Positions 28,111 to 41,907 of a stretch of 64,000 bases of DNA are shown here, in pieces (the first letter of the stretch is position 1; the number at the start of each line of letters is the position of its first letter). The notes below the pieces were generated by a model that was given only the letters and a program-made list of their open reading frames with translations, made no database searches and had not been told where the DNA came from. A program made the position numbers and the translations under genes. This DNA comes from Isurus oxyrinchus (lineage: Eukaryota): assembly GCA_026770705.1 (NCBI GenBank), contig JANJGN010000009.1, forward strand, positions 166,222,001-166,286,000. Direction: 5' to 3'.

Positions 28111-30693
28111 CTCTCTCTGACCAAACTATTCCATTGTCACGAGGCCTCAGATACGATCATTCAGTATGATAAGTATGTATTAATGTACTCATGATTAGTT
28201 TATCTCAAATATAATCTTTTTAATTAAGGACAACCTTCAACCTAAGTGGTAAGTAATTAAGAGCATGTGGGTTATAACAAAACACTTTAAGTATTGTATA
28301 AATCAGTCTAAAAATAATTGTGTTAGAGCCACAAAATATCAATATCACAAGTGCACCAGAAGATAAGTTAACTGCTGGATCCAAGATTTAACCTGTTCAT
28401 GTTTGTGGCAGCCCATCCACAAACATTCACGCCCTCCACCACCAATGCACAGTAACAGCAGTGTGTACCATCTGCATGGAACTCCCAAAAGCTCTTTTGA
28501 CAGCACCTTCCAACTCCATGACCTCTACCATCATAAAGAGAAGGGCAGCAGACACATGGGAGCACCACAAATGGGAAGTTCCTCTCCAAGCCACTCATCA
28601 TCCTGACTTGGAAATATATCGCTGTTCCTTCACTGTTGCTGGAACAAAATCCTGGAACTCCATTCCTAAGAGCACTGTGGGTGTACCTACACCACAGCGG
28701 TTCAAGAAGGCAGCTCACCACCACCTTCTCAAAGGTAATTAAGGAAGGACAAGAAATGCTGGCCTAGCCAGTGTCACCCCCATCCCATCAACGATTAAAT
28801 CAAAGTTTGCCACAACGGAGGTTGAAGAACGTCTGATGTTGAATTTCCTGGAGGGTACTAATTTATCATGCTTGCATTGAGGGGGCTCAGTTGACAATAT
28901 CAGCTGCAACAGTGATGCCCTGTCGATTTAGAAAAATCATCGGACTCCAACAAGATAAGTTTTGCATTTGAAATTTAGAAATATACTCTTTAGGGGTAGA
29001 AATTTCACTTCAGATTTATGATGTGCTGGCTTCAAAAGCCATAGTCCAGGACTTGAATATGTCATCTGGTCTTACATGTTTTATACTATGTTAAAGTATG
29101 GATCTTCTGCATGTTCAAGTTAACTTTATCAAGGAAGAGCAGATGGATTCACCAAATGTTATCCCCAATATTTAACCCCTTACACAAAACCACCAAAAGA
29201 GATTTAACTGCTTTTTAAATCTGTTCTTGGGATATGTGTCCTACTGGGAAGGACAGCAATTATTACCCCAAAATGCCCTTGAGCAGGCGATGGTGAATCC
29301 CCCTATCAACTTTTCTGTAGTGGGATGATACAACTGAGTGGTTTGCGAGGCCATTTCAGAGGGTAGATGAGAGTCAACCACGTTGCTGTGGGCCTGGAGT
29401 CACATGTAGGACAGACCAGTGAAGGACAACAGTATTCCCAACCCTGAAGGGCATCAGTATTTCAGGTGGGTTTTGCCTAATAATCCAGTAGTTACATGAT
29501 CATTTTTAATTAGACTAGCATTTTATTCCAGAATTATTAACTAATTGAATTTAAATTCAGCAACTTCCATGGTAGGATTTGAACTCATGACTCAGATGTA
29601 TTGCTAGGTCATTGCTTTTCCATCCCATTGTTGCAAGTCGGATTTTCCTGTGTACGACTGGCTGCTGCCTATATGTACAAAGCAATTAGGCCCATGCTTG
29701 AGTATTAACTTGTTCCTCCATGGCATTGCAATTGAATCCAGCATTTTCCAGCCCAAGAAATAGAAAAAGCCAAGCTTCCTGCTCCTGTTTATTACCCACT
29801 GGACTCTGTGGATTGTTGTATCCCTGGACATTGCAAACAGGCAAGATTACAAACTGAGATAACCATCATTGTGTCCAACAGCCCACTTGCATTCATTATA
29901 AATTCTCAGGTCGTGAAAGGTCATTTGGGTGAATTCAGCAATTACCAATAGAAGAGAAAGTCAACATTTGCTGATAATCTTTGGGAATTGAAGCCATACT
30001 GAAGAATTCTGGGCAATCCCCATCATGCTCGGCTGTGGCAAGTGAACAGAGACAGCCTTTTGCCTATGTTTTCCTGCTGAATCATATCGTTGGTTACATC
30101 AACTTTGGGTACAATCGGTCACTTTGCCCAAAAACGTCTCGGGACTTTATTTTTCCACTCAGGAGGACCAATTCCCTTTACACATATCTGTGGACCGATA
30201 ACAGCTTGATAACCTGTTGCCTTTTTGGGAACGTATAATATTTAACTTGCTATTTCTTGCTCCAGTGCGTTTCCATTGTGTGCACTGACCCAACAAAGGC
30301 AGAGAAATAGTTCAATGCCGGTCATGATAGGAGAACCTGTTCTTCCCAAAATTGCTTCTTTTGTATGTGGGTAACTTATATGTTCTGCATTTTACCAATT
30401 TTGTTTACCCAAGTAAAATGATCAGACTTTCAGTGAGACAGTGATGCAAAATATAGTGAGACACCAGATGAATGAAGCTCTCTGTGCATTGACAAGAGTT
30501 TCATAAGTTTACATGGAGCCAGGTGTATGTATAATACCAGGCTCCCCTTGTGGTGTAAAGATCATTGTTTAATATTTGTTTTTTTTATTTGAAATCATAA
30601 TGAGTTACTCTTTATCCAAACAGTATAGAAAACACTAATAATTCAGAGTGTGTCTTTATTAATTCCAGTATTGTTCCGTCTTGAATTCCCTTC

Positions 30694-30910
30694 ATAGAAT
30701 CACAGAATCTTACCGGCACAGAAGGAGGCCATTTGGCCCATCATGCCTGCACTGGCTCTACAAATCAACCTTCTGACCTAGTGCCATTGCCTTGTCTTTT
30801 CCCCGTACCCCTGCACCTGGTTTCTATATAAAGAATCATCTAATACCCTCTTAAATGCCTCGTTTGAACCTGCCTTCACCAAATTCCCAGGCGGCGCATT
30901 CCATCATCCT
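30694..30910 (-). mobile_element. Short CR1 3' end
   Basis: catagaatcacagaatc tail plus cagaaggaggccatttggccc 3' UTR motif, similar to 2611-2830. Confidence 0.6.
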
Positions 30911-31024
30911 AAATCATACTATACAACGATCACTGTCTCCTAAATGTTCCCCATCTTCTTCAGCAGAGAAACAGGTTCACAACGTTGGTATTGGAATGAA
31001 ATTGGGAAACCGAAACTACTTCAT

Positions 31025-31152
31025 GGCCAGGATTTTACGGCCCCTCTGGCCCTGTGGGATATTAGGGTGCTGCCGAACTGAGTGGAGGTTTCAGTGATTC
31101 GCTGCATCCGCTGGGTGGAGACACGCTGTGGTGGGGCAGTAAAACCCTGGCC
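31025..31152. mobile_element. 128-bp MITE with 20-bp terminal inverted repeats (PIF/Harbinger-like termini)
   Basis: ggccaggattttacggcccc ... ggggcagtaaaaccctggcc (18/20 complementary). Flanks cat/tat. Confidence 0.6.
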
Positions 31153-31699
31153 TATTTGGCTCCCACCTATGTTTCTGGAACTATCCCAATGCCCAACAGC
31201 TCACTCTGACTGGACCACATTCAGTCTCCTATTCGCCCTGGAGCTGAGATACATGCCCATGTCCCCTCACACCCTCCATGACAACCTATGCCACCACACC
31301 ACTTCCCAACCTCCACCCCACCCCACGCGCCCACTCATCCCGATGGCCTTTCAAAACTTCCACACCTACCTATACTGTTGTACATGCCTCAATGGTTTTT
31401 ATAACTCTATGACATCTTAGCCCCGCTGATGCCAACCCATGGACCCCACACACCACCCTTTTCCTTTACAGCTATCATGTCAAATGACCTAGTATCCACC
31501 AAGGGCAGACATCAGGACCCATGCAGAGAGGAGATAAAAGAAATTTCTATAAAATGAAGCTCTAAGTGTCTATTGCAGACTCCACAATATTTTAAAAACA
31601 AACTCATTCAAAAAAACCCCTTTTCCGCATTTACATTCCTTCAACTAAATAACGCCTTATAATAACTTTCAACAAAGTCCAACATAGGAGATTGGCGTG

Positions 31700-32800
31700 T
31701 AAATTTCAAGTGCATGGGATTGGGGATTGTGCATTGAGATGGATGGAAAACTGATTGGCAGAAAGGAAACAAAGAGTTGGAATAAAGGGGTCTTTTTCTG
31801 AATGGCAGGCAGTTATTCACAATATATATGAATGATTTAGATGAGGGAATTAAATGTAATATCTCCAAATTTGCAGATGACACAAAGCTGGGTGGGAGGG
31901 TGAGCTGTGAGCAGGATACAGAGATGCCTCAGTGTGATTTGAAAAAGCTGAGTGAGTGTGCAAACTATCGCAAATGGAGTATAAGGTGAATAAATGTGCA
32001 GTTATCCATTTTGGTAGCAAAATCAGGAGCGCAGGTTATTATCTGAAAGGCTATAATTTGAGAGAGGGGAATGTGCAACAAGACCTGGATGTCCTTGTAC
32101 ACCAGTTGCTGAAGATTAACATGCAGGTGTAGCAGGCGGTAAAGAAGGCAAATGGTATGTTGGTGTTCATAGCCAGAGGATTCGAGTACAGGAACAGGGA
32201 TGTCTTGCTGCAATTGTACAGTGTCTTGGTGAGACCAAACCTGGAATATTGTGTGCAGTTTTGGTCTCCTTATCTGAGGAAAGATATACTTGCTATAGAA
32301 GGAGAGCAGCAAAGGTTTACCCCTGGGATGGCGGGACTGACATATGAGGAGAGATTGAGTCGATTAGGATTATATTCGCTGGTTTTCAGAAGAATGAGCG
32401 GGGATCTGACAGAAACCTATAAAATTCCAACAACACTAGACAGGGTAGATGCAGGAAGGATGTTCCCAATGATGGGTGAGTCCCGAACCAGGGGTCACAG
32501 TCTGAGGACATGGGGTAGGCCATTTAGGAATTAGATGAGGAGAAATATCTTCACCCAGAGAGTGGTAAGCCTGTGGAATTCGTTACCACAGAAAATAGTT
32601 GAGATCAAAACATTGTATGGTTTCAAGAAGGAGTTAGATATAGCTCTTGGGATGAAAGGGATCAAAGGGTCTGGGGAGAAGGCAGGAGCAGACTATTGAG
32701 TTGGATGATCAGCCATGATCATGATGAATTGTGGAGCAGGCTTGAAGTGCCGAATGGCCTACTCATGCTCCTAGTTTTTATGTTTCTCTATGTTCCTATA
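31700..32800 (+). mobile_element. CR1 LINE RT and 3' end
   Basis: IYMNDLDEGIKCNISKFADDTKLGG and LLQLYSVLVRPNLEYCVQFWSP, followed by a 3' tail. Confidence 0.9.
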
Positions 32801-33648
32801 ACAAATATTTCATTCTAGTACACAATTCCTTATGACAACAAGCATTGGAGTTTATAGACCCACATCAAAGAGTCCAGACCCACTTGTAGCTGTCAATTAA
32901 ACTGTGAAATTGACAGGCACTCTGCTATGATAATGAATGGTTGTGAAATCAGTCAGAAAGCACTAATCCAGTAATGACAACCCTCAGATTTTTGGCAACA
33001 GACAGAATGAAATATCAAGCAATCATTTTTTAATGCACCAGGCAATTTTTTCAAAGATGTAAAGAGCAGGACCTTTAAATGCCTTGACACTTTTGACAGC
33101 TCCCCCTGACAGGTGTTTTTAACAATTTTAACAGGTTCTTTTGACAGGTCTGTTGACAGTTCCAGTGAGGTTGACAGTAATGAGTTTATGCATTTTTAGG
33201 CACATTTATGCCTCCTTTGAATAATTCCAAAGGGCACCTGACCTCCACCAAAGGTTTCTTGGGACCAGACCCAAAGGGGTACCTTATCACTCCAAAGAGG
33301 TACCTGGCTATCCAAACGAATCCAAAGTTCAAGTATGATGTTACAAAGTCCATTCTGCAGCAGTCAGGTTTCACAGCACAAGGCCAGCAAAATACCACTT
33401 CAGTGGAATCCAGTTAATGACTTAAATCGCCAGTTTCCTGGGTAAAACATGCAAGCACGAAATACCCCCTGTCCCTGCAAAAAATGGGAAGTGCCATATT
33501 TGGGGGTGTGTGGGGGGTGGGACTTTCAGTTTCTGGCCACTTCCATCATTTTGCATCAACAGAGAGACCTTGCATACTGTCACTTTGTGACATTTCTTAC
33601 TTTCATTGCTTTATGAGCCCTCTGACATTGAAATCCTTAGTCAAGACT

Positions 33649-35023
33649 CACAGAATCACAGAATCACAGTGCAGAGGAGATCCTTCGGCCCATCGAGTCT
33701 GCACTGACACGTAAGAAACACCTGACCTACCTGCCTCATCCCATTTCCCAGCACGTGGCCCATAGCCTTGAATGTTATGACGTGCCGAGTGCTCATCCAG
33801 GTAATTTTTAAAGGATGTGAGGCAACCCGCCTCCACCACCCTCCTAGGCAGCGCATTCCAGACTCTCACCACCCTCTGGGTAAAAAGTTTTTCCTCACCT
33901 CCCCCCTAAAGCACCTGCCCCTCACTTTGAACTTGTGTCCCCTTGTGACTGACCCTTCAGCTAAGGGGAACTGCCGCACCCTATCCATCCTCTCCATACC
34001 CCTCATAATCTTGTACACCTCGATCAGGTTGCCCTTCAGTCTTCTCTGCTCCAATGAAGACAACCCAAGTCTTTCCAACGTCTCCTCATAACTTAAATGT
34101 TTAATCCAAGGAAATATCCTGGTGAATCTCCTCAGCACCCACTCCAGTGCAATCACATCCTTCCGACAATGTGCTAACCAGAACAGCACACAGTACTCCA
34201 GCAGTAGTCTCACCATGGTTCAATACAACTCCAACATAACCTCCTCAATTTTGTCATCTATGGCTTGATTGATAAAGGCAAGTGTCCCAAGTGCCTTTTT
34301 CGCCACCTCACAAACATACCCCTCCGCCTACAGAGATCAATGGACACACATGACGAGTGTCATGCCATTCATTGAATACTTCCTTGTCAAATTACTTCTT
34401 CCAAAGCGTGTCACCTCACACATTTCAAGATTAAACTCCATCGGCAACTTATCTGCCCATTTGACCATCCCGTCTATATCTTCCTGTAGCCCAAGACACT
34501 CAACCTCATTATTAACCACCCGGCCAATCTTTGTATCAACCGCAAACTTATTATTCTTACTCCCCACATAGTCATCTAAGCCTTTTATATAAATGACAAA
34601 TAATCGGGAACCGAGCACAGATCCCTGGCTTCCAGTCACTAAAGCATTATTCTGTCATCACTCTCTGTCTCCTACAACTAAGCCAATTTTGAATCCACCT
34701 GATCCAATTACCCTGTATCCCCTGTACATCTGCCTTTTTTATAAGCCTCCCGTGTGGGATCTTGTCAAAGGTTTGCTGAAATCTGAATAAACTACATCAA
34801 CTGCACTACCCTCATCTACACGCCTGATCACCTCCTCAAAAAATTCACTCAAATTTGTTAGGCATGACTGCCCTCTGACAAAGCCATGCTGACTATCCCT
34901 GATTAAACCTTGCCTCTCCAAGTGGAGATAGATTCTCTCCATCAGAATTTTCTTTGATAGTTTCTTCAATAGGCTCACTGGACTGTAGTTCCCTGAGCTT
35001 ATCTTTCCAACCCTTCTTAAATA
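33649..35023 (-). mobile_element. CR1 LINE RT to 3' tail
   Basis: NYSPVSL, SQHGFVRGQSCLTNL, QGSVLG, KFAVDTKIG, LEYCVLFW and a (ctgtgatt)n tail. Homologue at 53676-55050. Confidence 0.9.
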
Positions 35024-35024
35024 G

Positions 35025-36472
35025 CCATGTGCTAGCAAGCTCAGAAATAGGACAATAGCACAGATGAATTAAGAGTTGGTGCAGGAGAGAGGCTTTTAGA
35101 TTCCTGGGTCACTGACACCGTTTCTGGGGAAGGTGGGACTTGTAGAAGTGGGACGGCCTATATCTGAAGCAGAGTGGGACTAACATCCTTGCAGGCGGGT
35201 TTGCTAGTGCTGTTGGGAGGAGTTCAAACTAATTCGGCAGGTGGAGGGGACACAGAATGTTAGCAGAATAGGGACACATCATAATACAGTAAAACAATCA
35301 AGTCAGAGTGAGTAAAGCTGCATTACGTTTCAAGGGTGTAAGGCAAGGCTGGATGGCCTCTACTTTAATGCCAGGAGTATTACAGCTAATGCTGATGAGT
35401 TAAGGGTGAAGCTTGAGATGTGGAATTGTGATATAGTAGCCATCACTGAGATGTGGTTGAGGGAGGGGCAGGATTGGCAGCTCAACATTCTGGGATACAG
35501 AATCTTCAGGCAAGAGAGAGGAGGGAGTAAAAGAGGAGGTGGCATTGCATTATTAGTTAGGAGACAGTTACTGCAGTAAGGAGAGATGATATCTTGGACA
35601 GGGCATCGAATGAATCTTTGTGGGTAGAGCTAAGGAGTTAAAAAGGGGCAGTCACATTGTTAGGTATTTGTTATAGATCCCCAGATAGTCAGCGGTAAAT
35701 TGAGGAACAAATATGTGCACAATTTGTGGAGGTGTGTGAAAACAATAACAATAGGGTAATTATATAATGTGGTTTCAACTTTCCCAAAATTCATTGGGGT
35801 AGACATAGTGTTAAGGGCTGGGATGAAGTGTATTTCTTGAAATGTGTACAGGAGAACTTTTTGGGTCAATATGTAGAGGGTCCAACAAAGGACAGCGCAG
35901 TGCTGGCCCTAATTCTGGGGATTGAAGCTGGATAGGTGGCTGAGGTGGTGGTGGGGGAGCAGTTTAGTGATAGCAACCACAACATGGTAGAATTTAAGCT
36001 TGTTATGGACAAAGAAATAGACAAGTTGCAAGAAAATGTTTTGGACTGGGGGAGAGTGGATATTAGTATAATAAGGCAGGATCAGGCCAAGGTAGACTGG
36101 GAACAGCTACTTGTGGGGAAATCTGCAGAGGAGCAGTTGGGGGTGTTCAAAAAACAACTGGGGAGGGTACAGGCTCAACATGTTCCCTCTAGGGTGATAG
36201 GAAGGAGTCACAAGCCCAGAGAACCATGAATGACCAGAGATATTCAGGTTACGATGAGAAGGAAAAGAGAGACTTTTAGCACGTACAAGGGAAGCAAATC
36301 AACAGAGGCATTCGTGGAGTGCAGAAAATGCAGGGTGGAGCTTAAGAAACCAAATAGGAGAGCAAAGAGGGGACATGAGAAAGCTCTGGCTGGTAAAAGT
36401 AGGGAAATTTCCAAGATAATCTGTAAGTATATCAATGGGAAGAGCATAACTAGGGAAAGAGTCGGACCCATA
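35025..36472 (+). mobile_element. CR1 LINE 5' part (ORF1 esterase-like C-terminus plus ORF2 endonuclease)
   Basis: FWGRWDLY.xDGLyL...TNILAGGFASAVG-like ORF1 end, then LYFNARSI...DIVAITEMWL (APE domain). Homologue at 55052-56506. Confidence 0.85.
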
Positions 36473-39400
36473 GTAAATCCTTCCATGCCCCTCCTAATGC
36501 TCATGTGGTGAATGCTGATTCACTTTGGTGCTTCAAATGAGCTGCATCTGTTCGGGGCTGGGTTCGAGATCACCTTGTACTAAAAAGTAATCCAAGTCCA
36601 GATCAATGTGTGTTCCAGGTTAAACGGGTGACAGAGGAATTTTTCAATTTCCATTTCCTGAGTTTATATTTAATTTCTTCCCTCTCCCCAGAGATTACAT
36701 GGTTCCAGATGGACAGGGAGAGTCTGTACCGTGAGGCATAAGGCATCACAACTCCATGGCCAGGCTAAATTGACCAGTTGGGCTTTTCCAGTTTTTGGAA
36801 AAGAAATAAATGATACGTGTACTTTGATAAAGGCAGGTAAGCAGGATTTTTCACCACTGAAAATGCAGAGGCAAAGATTTACTCAGATACCGTACAGGTA
36901 ATTCTCAAGTTTGTTCCTGGTAGCTTATTATATTGTTTTGTCTGTTACTGATGTAAAACCATTTGCATTCTCCCAAAATAGATTCTTCACCAGCTGAATG
37001 TGGGCACTATGCTGGCATGTTTCCAAACCAGTGGAATCTGTCCATGACTCTTTTGTTTTAAAGCCTTTAAGGCAGTAGAAAGCTTCCATCTCATTAAAGT
37101 TGAGATCCATATACACAGTTGGATTATTGGGTTGAAAGTTATCGTTTCCAGTGAATACTTCAAGAAACTAAACTTTAACAGCGACTTGTCTTTCAGATGC
37201 TGATCTCCTGTACATTCCTGATATTTGATACATTTAATTTCATCACATCTTGGCTCAGAATTTGCAGTAGTAGTAACAGTGATGCTGCCAGTGCTTGCTA
37301 TTATTACAGTGTCAAGCTGACAGCAACGTCTGGTATTCGCATCTGCACAGTTAAACGTGGAAATCAGGAAGTTGCTGTCAGTGATACGCTGCTTTGCCAC
37401 AGGCTGCATTGCTGCAGCCTTTACAGGGTTATACTCATTGAAGTTTAGAAGAATGAGAGGTGATCTTATTGTAACGTATAAGATTCTGAGGGGGATTGAC
37501 AGGGTAGATGTTGAGCGGAAGTTTCCTGTCACAGGGAATCTGGAACTATGGAGCATAGTTTCCTAATAAAAGACATCTCCCATTTTGCAAGCGGCTCATT
37601 GCCTCAGGAGAACATTTAAAAGTTACATCTTTTTAATAAAATATTTCTAAAGTTTTAGTTCTGATACTTATGATTCTCCCTTAACTCCATAACCATCTCT
37701 CAGTTTGTACTTTACTTTTTGTACTTTGATTTAAATATGAGTTATATTCCCTAAATTTTACTTCCTGCATTGCTGTCTGTGACAATTCTTCAATCAGATT
37801 GGGTGATCAGCCTGCCTTTGCCTGTCCTATCTCTGGATGCCACAGATTCATTGTAAAAATCCCAAATTAAACTGACTTGGGGAAACAGGATATCTACATT
37901 CTAGCGCCGATCAAATCTATGTGGATAACTTTTGTTCAGGATGCGGACAATGCTGTCCCATTATAGCTGACTTGAAAATATGTGTGATTGCTTCTTACAA
38001 TCTTGGGAAACATTGCTGACCATTTTAGAATATCTAGACCAGGGTGCACTGAAATTCAATCTGAAATGGAAATCACTGAATCACAGAATTTTAAAGGCAC
38101 AGAAGGAGGCCATTCTACCCATCGTGTCTGCAGTGTCTCTGCAAATGAGCATTATGACCTAGTGCCGTTGACCTGCCTTTTCCCCATAACCCTGCACATT
38201 GATTCTATTTAAATAATCATCAAATGTCCTCTTGAATGCCTCGATTAAATCTCCCTTCACCACACATGGATGCAGTGCATTCCAGACCCGAATCAATAGT
38301 TGTACGAGAAAGCTTTTTCTCACGTCACTTTTGCTTCTTTTGAAAATCACTTTAAATTGTGGCCTCTCGTTCTTGATCCTTTTACAAGCGGGAATGGCTT
38401 GTCCCCATCTACTCTGTCCAGCCCCCTCATGATTTTGAACATCTCCATCAAATCTCCTCGTCGCCTTCTTCCCTCCAAGGAGAACAGCCCCAACCTCTCC
38501 GATCTATCTTCGTAGCTGAAATTTCTCTTCCTCGGAAACATAATTGTAAGCCTTTTCTGCACTCTCTCCAATGTGTTCACATCCTTCCTATAATGTGGGG
38601 CCCAGAAGTACACACAACACTCTTGTACACTATGCCATAATATCCAGCATCTTGAATCAATGGGATCTTGTATTAGATTTACTCTTAGATGTAAATAGAA
38701 CCAGAACAAGACTTCATCAGGCCACGTCCAAATTTCTGAGGATATTATTCAACAACCACTTCTCATGTGATCTACAAATTCCTACCTGTTTTTGGCAAGC
38801 TTTGAAATAAGTGGATCACCTCACAAGACAGTTCAAATGTGAAATGTATTCAGGCTCCACCACACACGGAAGTAAATGGAAAAAGAAACAGGAAAACTGG
38901 GAGTGTGCATTGCATGTTGATATTTTATTGAACAATTTTAATAATGATTGTAATGAAGAGAAAAGGAGAGAAAAGGCGGCCGTGTGATGTTAGGATCACA
39001 TTTACTTCAAGTCAGGTTTCACTGCAGAGGTCATCCACATTCAGCAGAAATGTGTATGTCACTGGAGTGAATCACTGCACCAATAATATATCACGGCTGA
39101 ATGTCAGAACCAAACGATAACTGAGTGAAAGTGCTACACAATCAGAGAGGGAATATAATTAGACCGTATCAACATTCTCATTTCCAATCCAGAACCAGTG
39201 TCCTTAGTCTGTTCCTATAAAAACACACAGTGACAAGGCATTTCTTTCATTATTATTTCTATTTTCCTTGTTTTTCAGCTGTGATTTAGTGCAGAGTTCT
39301 GCTGAGCACGAACCACAGCCAATTGCCAATTGTATATATTTGTTTATTGTTATTCAAGAGATGATGACTTCCTCTATTACACTCTGCAGCCAGGTGACAA

Positions 39401-39480
39401 CTGCTGCACTGGAGAGTCATGTGATGGCTTAAAATGCAGATCAGGGTGTGCTTTTAATGAGAATACAGATGAAGAAATTA

Positions 39481-39645
<165 letters not shown>

Positions 39646-40768
39646 TTAACATTAAAATAAATTCCTATTGCATCTTCTAAAATTTCAAAGTTTACTCTAG
39701 CACCCCATTGGTGTCCAATAACACACCTGCAACGTGTAAGCTTGTGCGGGGAGAGGGAAGTCCACTCCATTGATTGTGAAGACCACATCAGGCATGTTCT
39801 GCAGATTGTTACAGTTTATGTTGTACTGTAAGAAAATAGAAACAGCATTCAGTTATTGTGTCAGTATAAGGATCTACAATAACTCATTACAGCGCAATGC
39901 CATTCCTAATTAATCAATATTGAGCTAAAGATGAGGTAAAATTGGAATATACAAGCAGGATAACAGGTATTGGCTAAAGAGAAAGATTGGTGATTCCCAG
40001 GATAAACTTAATTTCCATATCGCAACATCATACCAAAACATTTCTAATTATCAGTGTTCATCTCAATGCCAAAACAATAAGAAACAGGATAATGGATTTC
40101 ACATTTTGTCTTCTGATACTGTGCACTATTTCTGCAGGAAATTTTCCCCTTGAAGAAGAAGGTTCCAAAATGTAAAGACTCTTCCCCTTAAATTTGCTAC
40201 AAATATTAGTGCATTTCCAATATTTCTGGGGCAGTATGTCCATGCTGGTGTAATTGTTGCCTCATATTTGTGAAATTTAATTTAACATCACTCTGTCCTC
40301 TCACTCCCGCCCACTCTACCCCTCCCTTCCCACATACCATCCCCACCCCCACCCACAAGAGGCTGAGGGAATTTCCACAGAGCAAATTATGGATGAGAAT
40401 TTGCAAGATTTTTTACAAATGCAGCGTGTATCATGTTGTCATAGTGTAAATGATCGTTTAGAAGCTGCATTGTTAATGAATCATTGATGCACACTCAGAT
40501 ACTCAATGTCCACGCCCAATGTTGGAACATGGGTTTACCGTTCCATAGTTAGTTGGGGTTGCTCCAATGCCCTGCTGGATATTGTCAATGGGTGTCCTGG
40601 GACCAACAAGAAGAGAAGTGCCAGTATCAACAATGGCAGGACAACCTCCACTGCAGGCCACAACCTCACCATTGATTGTCACTTTGGAAGGAGAAAAATG
40701 CATCAAGAGTTCATCAAAGATTGAAAACTGCCTCAAGTATTAGACAAATTGAACAATTAAAAGTTATT

Positions 40769-41524
40769 CAGACCTGCGGTCTGTCCGCAAGAATGACCCA
40801 AACCTCTCTGTCGCTTGCCATTTTAACACTCCACCCTGCTCTCTTGCCCACATGTCTGTCCTTGGCTTGCTGCATTGTTCCAGTGAAGCCCAACGCAAAC
40901 TGGAGGAACAACACCTCATCTTCCGACTAGGCACCTTACAGCCTTCCGGTCTGAATATTGAATTCAACAACTTTAGGTCGTGAGCTCCCTCCCCCATCCC
41001 CACCCCCTTTCTGTTTCCCCCCTTTTCCCTTTTTTTTTCCCTATAAATTATATAGATTTTTCTTTTCCCACCTATTTCCATTATTTTTAAATATTTTAAA
41101 ATCTTTTATGCTCCCCCCACCCCCACTAGAGCTGTACCTTGAGTGCCCTACCATCCATTCTTAATTAGCACATTTGTTTAGATAATATCACCAACTTTAA
41201 CTTTAACACCTATGTGTTCTATTGTACCAATGTCACTGACATCTTTTGATGATCTGCTTCTATCACTGCTTGTTTGTCTACACAGCCACCTCTCTCTCTC
41301 TCTATCTCTCCGCCCCCCCACACACACACCTTAAACCAGCTTATATTTCAACTCTTTCTTGGACTCGAAATCAAGTTCTGTCGAAGGGTCATGAGGACTC
41401 GAAACGTCAACTCTTTTCTTCTCCGCCGATGCTGCCAGACCTGCTGAGTTTTTCCAGGTAATTCTGTTTTTGTTTTGGATTTCCAGCATCCGCAGATTTT
41501 TTTTTTGTTTTTATTTTTTTGTTT
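40769..41524 (+). mobile_element. Penelope 3' fragment (end of GIY-YIG plus terminal repeat) in copy 3 intron 6
   Basis: Matches about 51385-52149. Flanked by ttaaaag(t/c)tatt duplication at 40757-40768 and 41525-41536. Absent in the other copies. Confidence 0.9.
41374..41412 (+). ncRNA. Minimal hammerhead ribozyme-like motif
   Basis: agtt-CUGUCGA-a-gggtc(atgag)gactc-GAAA-cgUC-aact. Confidence 0.62.
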
Positions 41525-41733
41525 TTAAAAGCTATTTGAGTTTCCTAGCTCACTGAGACATTCACTATATCTTCCATAAACGCGGATTCAACTGAGATCT
41601 TAAAATTAGTCTAAGTATTTTATTCCTTTCCTTTCAGTTTGTTTGTTTCAGTATAATTTGTTAAAATCATTATCTCAGACTTCAGTAGAGAAGCAAAAAA
41701 TATCTATTCCTCTTGTAGATGGGTAATCACTTA

Positions 41734-41907
<174 letters not shown>

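Noticed and set aside
33208-33417. 69-aa ATG ORF MPPLNNSKGHL... repeated at 53238
   Set aside because: Frameshifted in the unit-1 homologue (extra c near 17461), with no recognisable domain.
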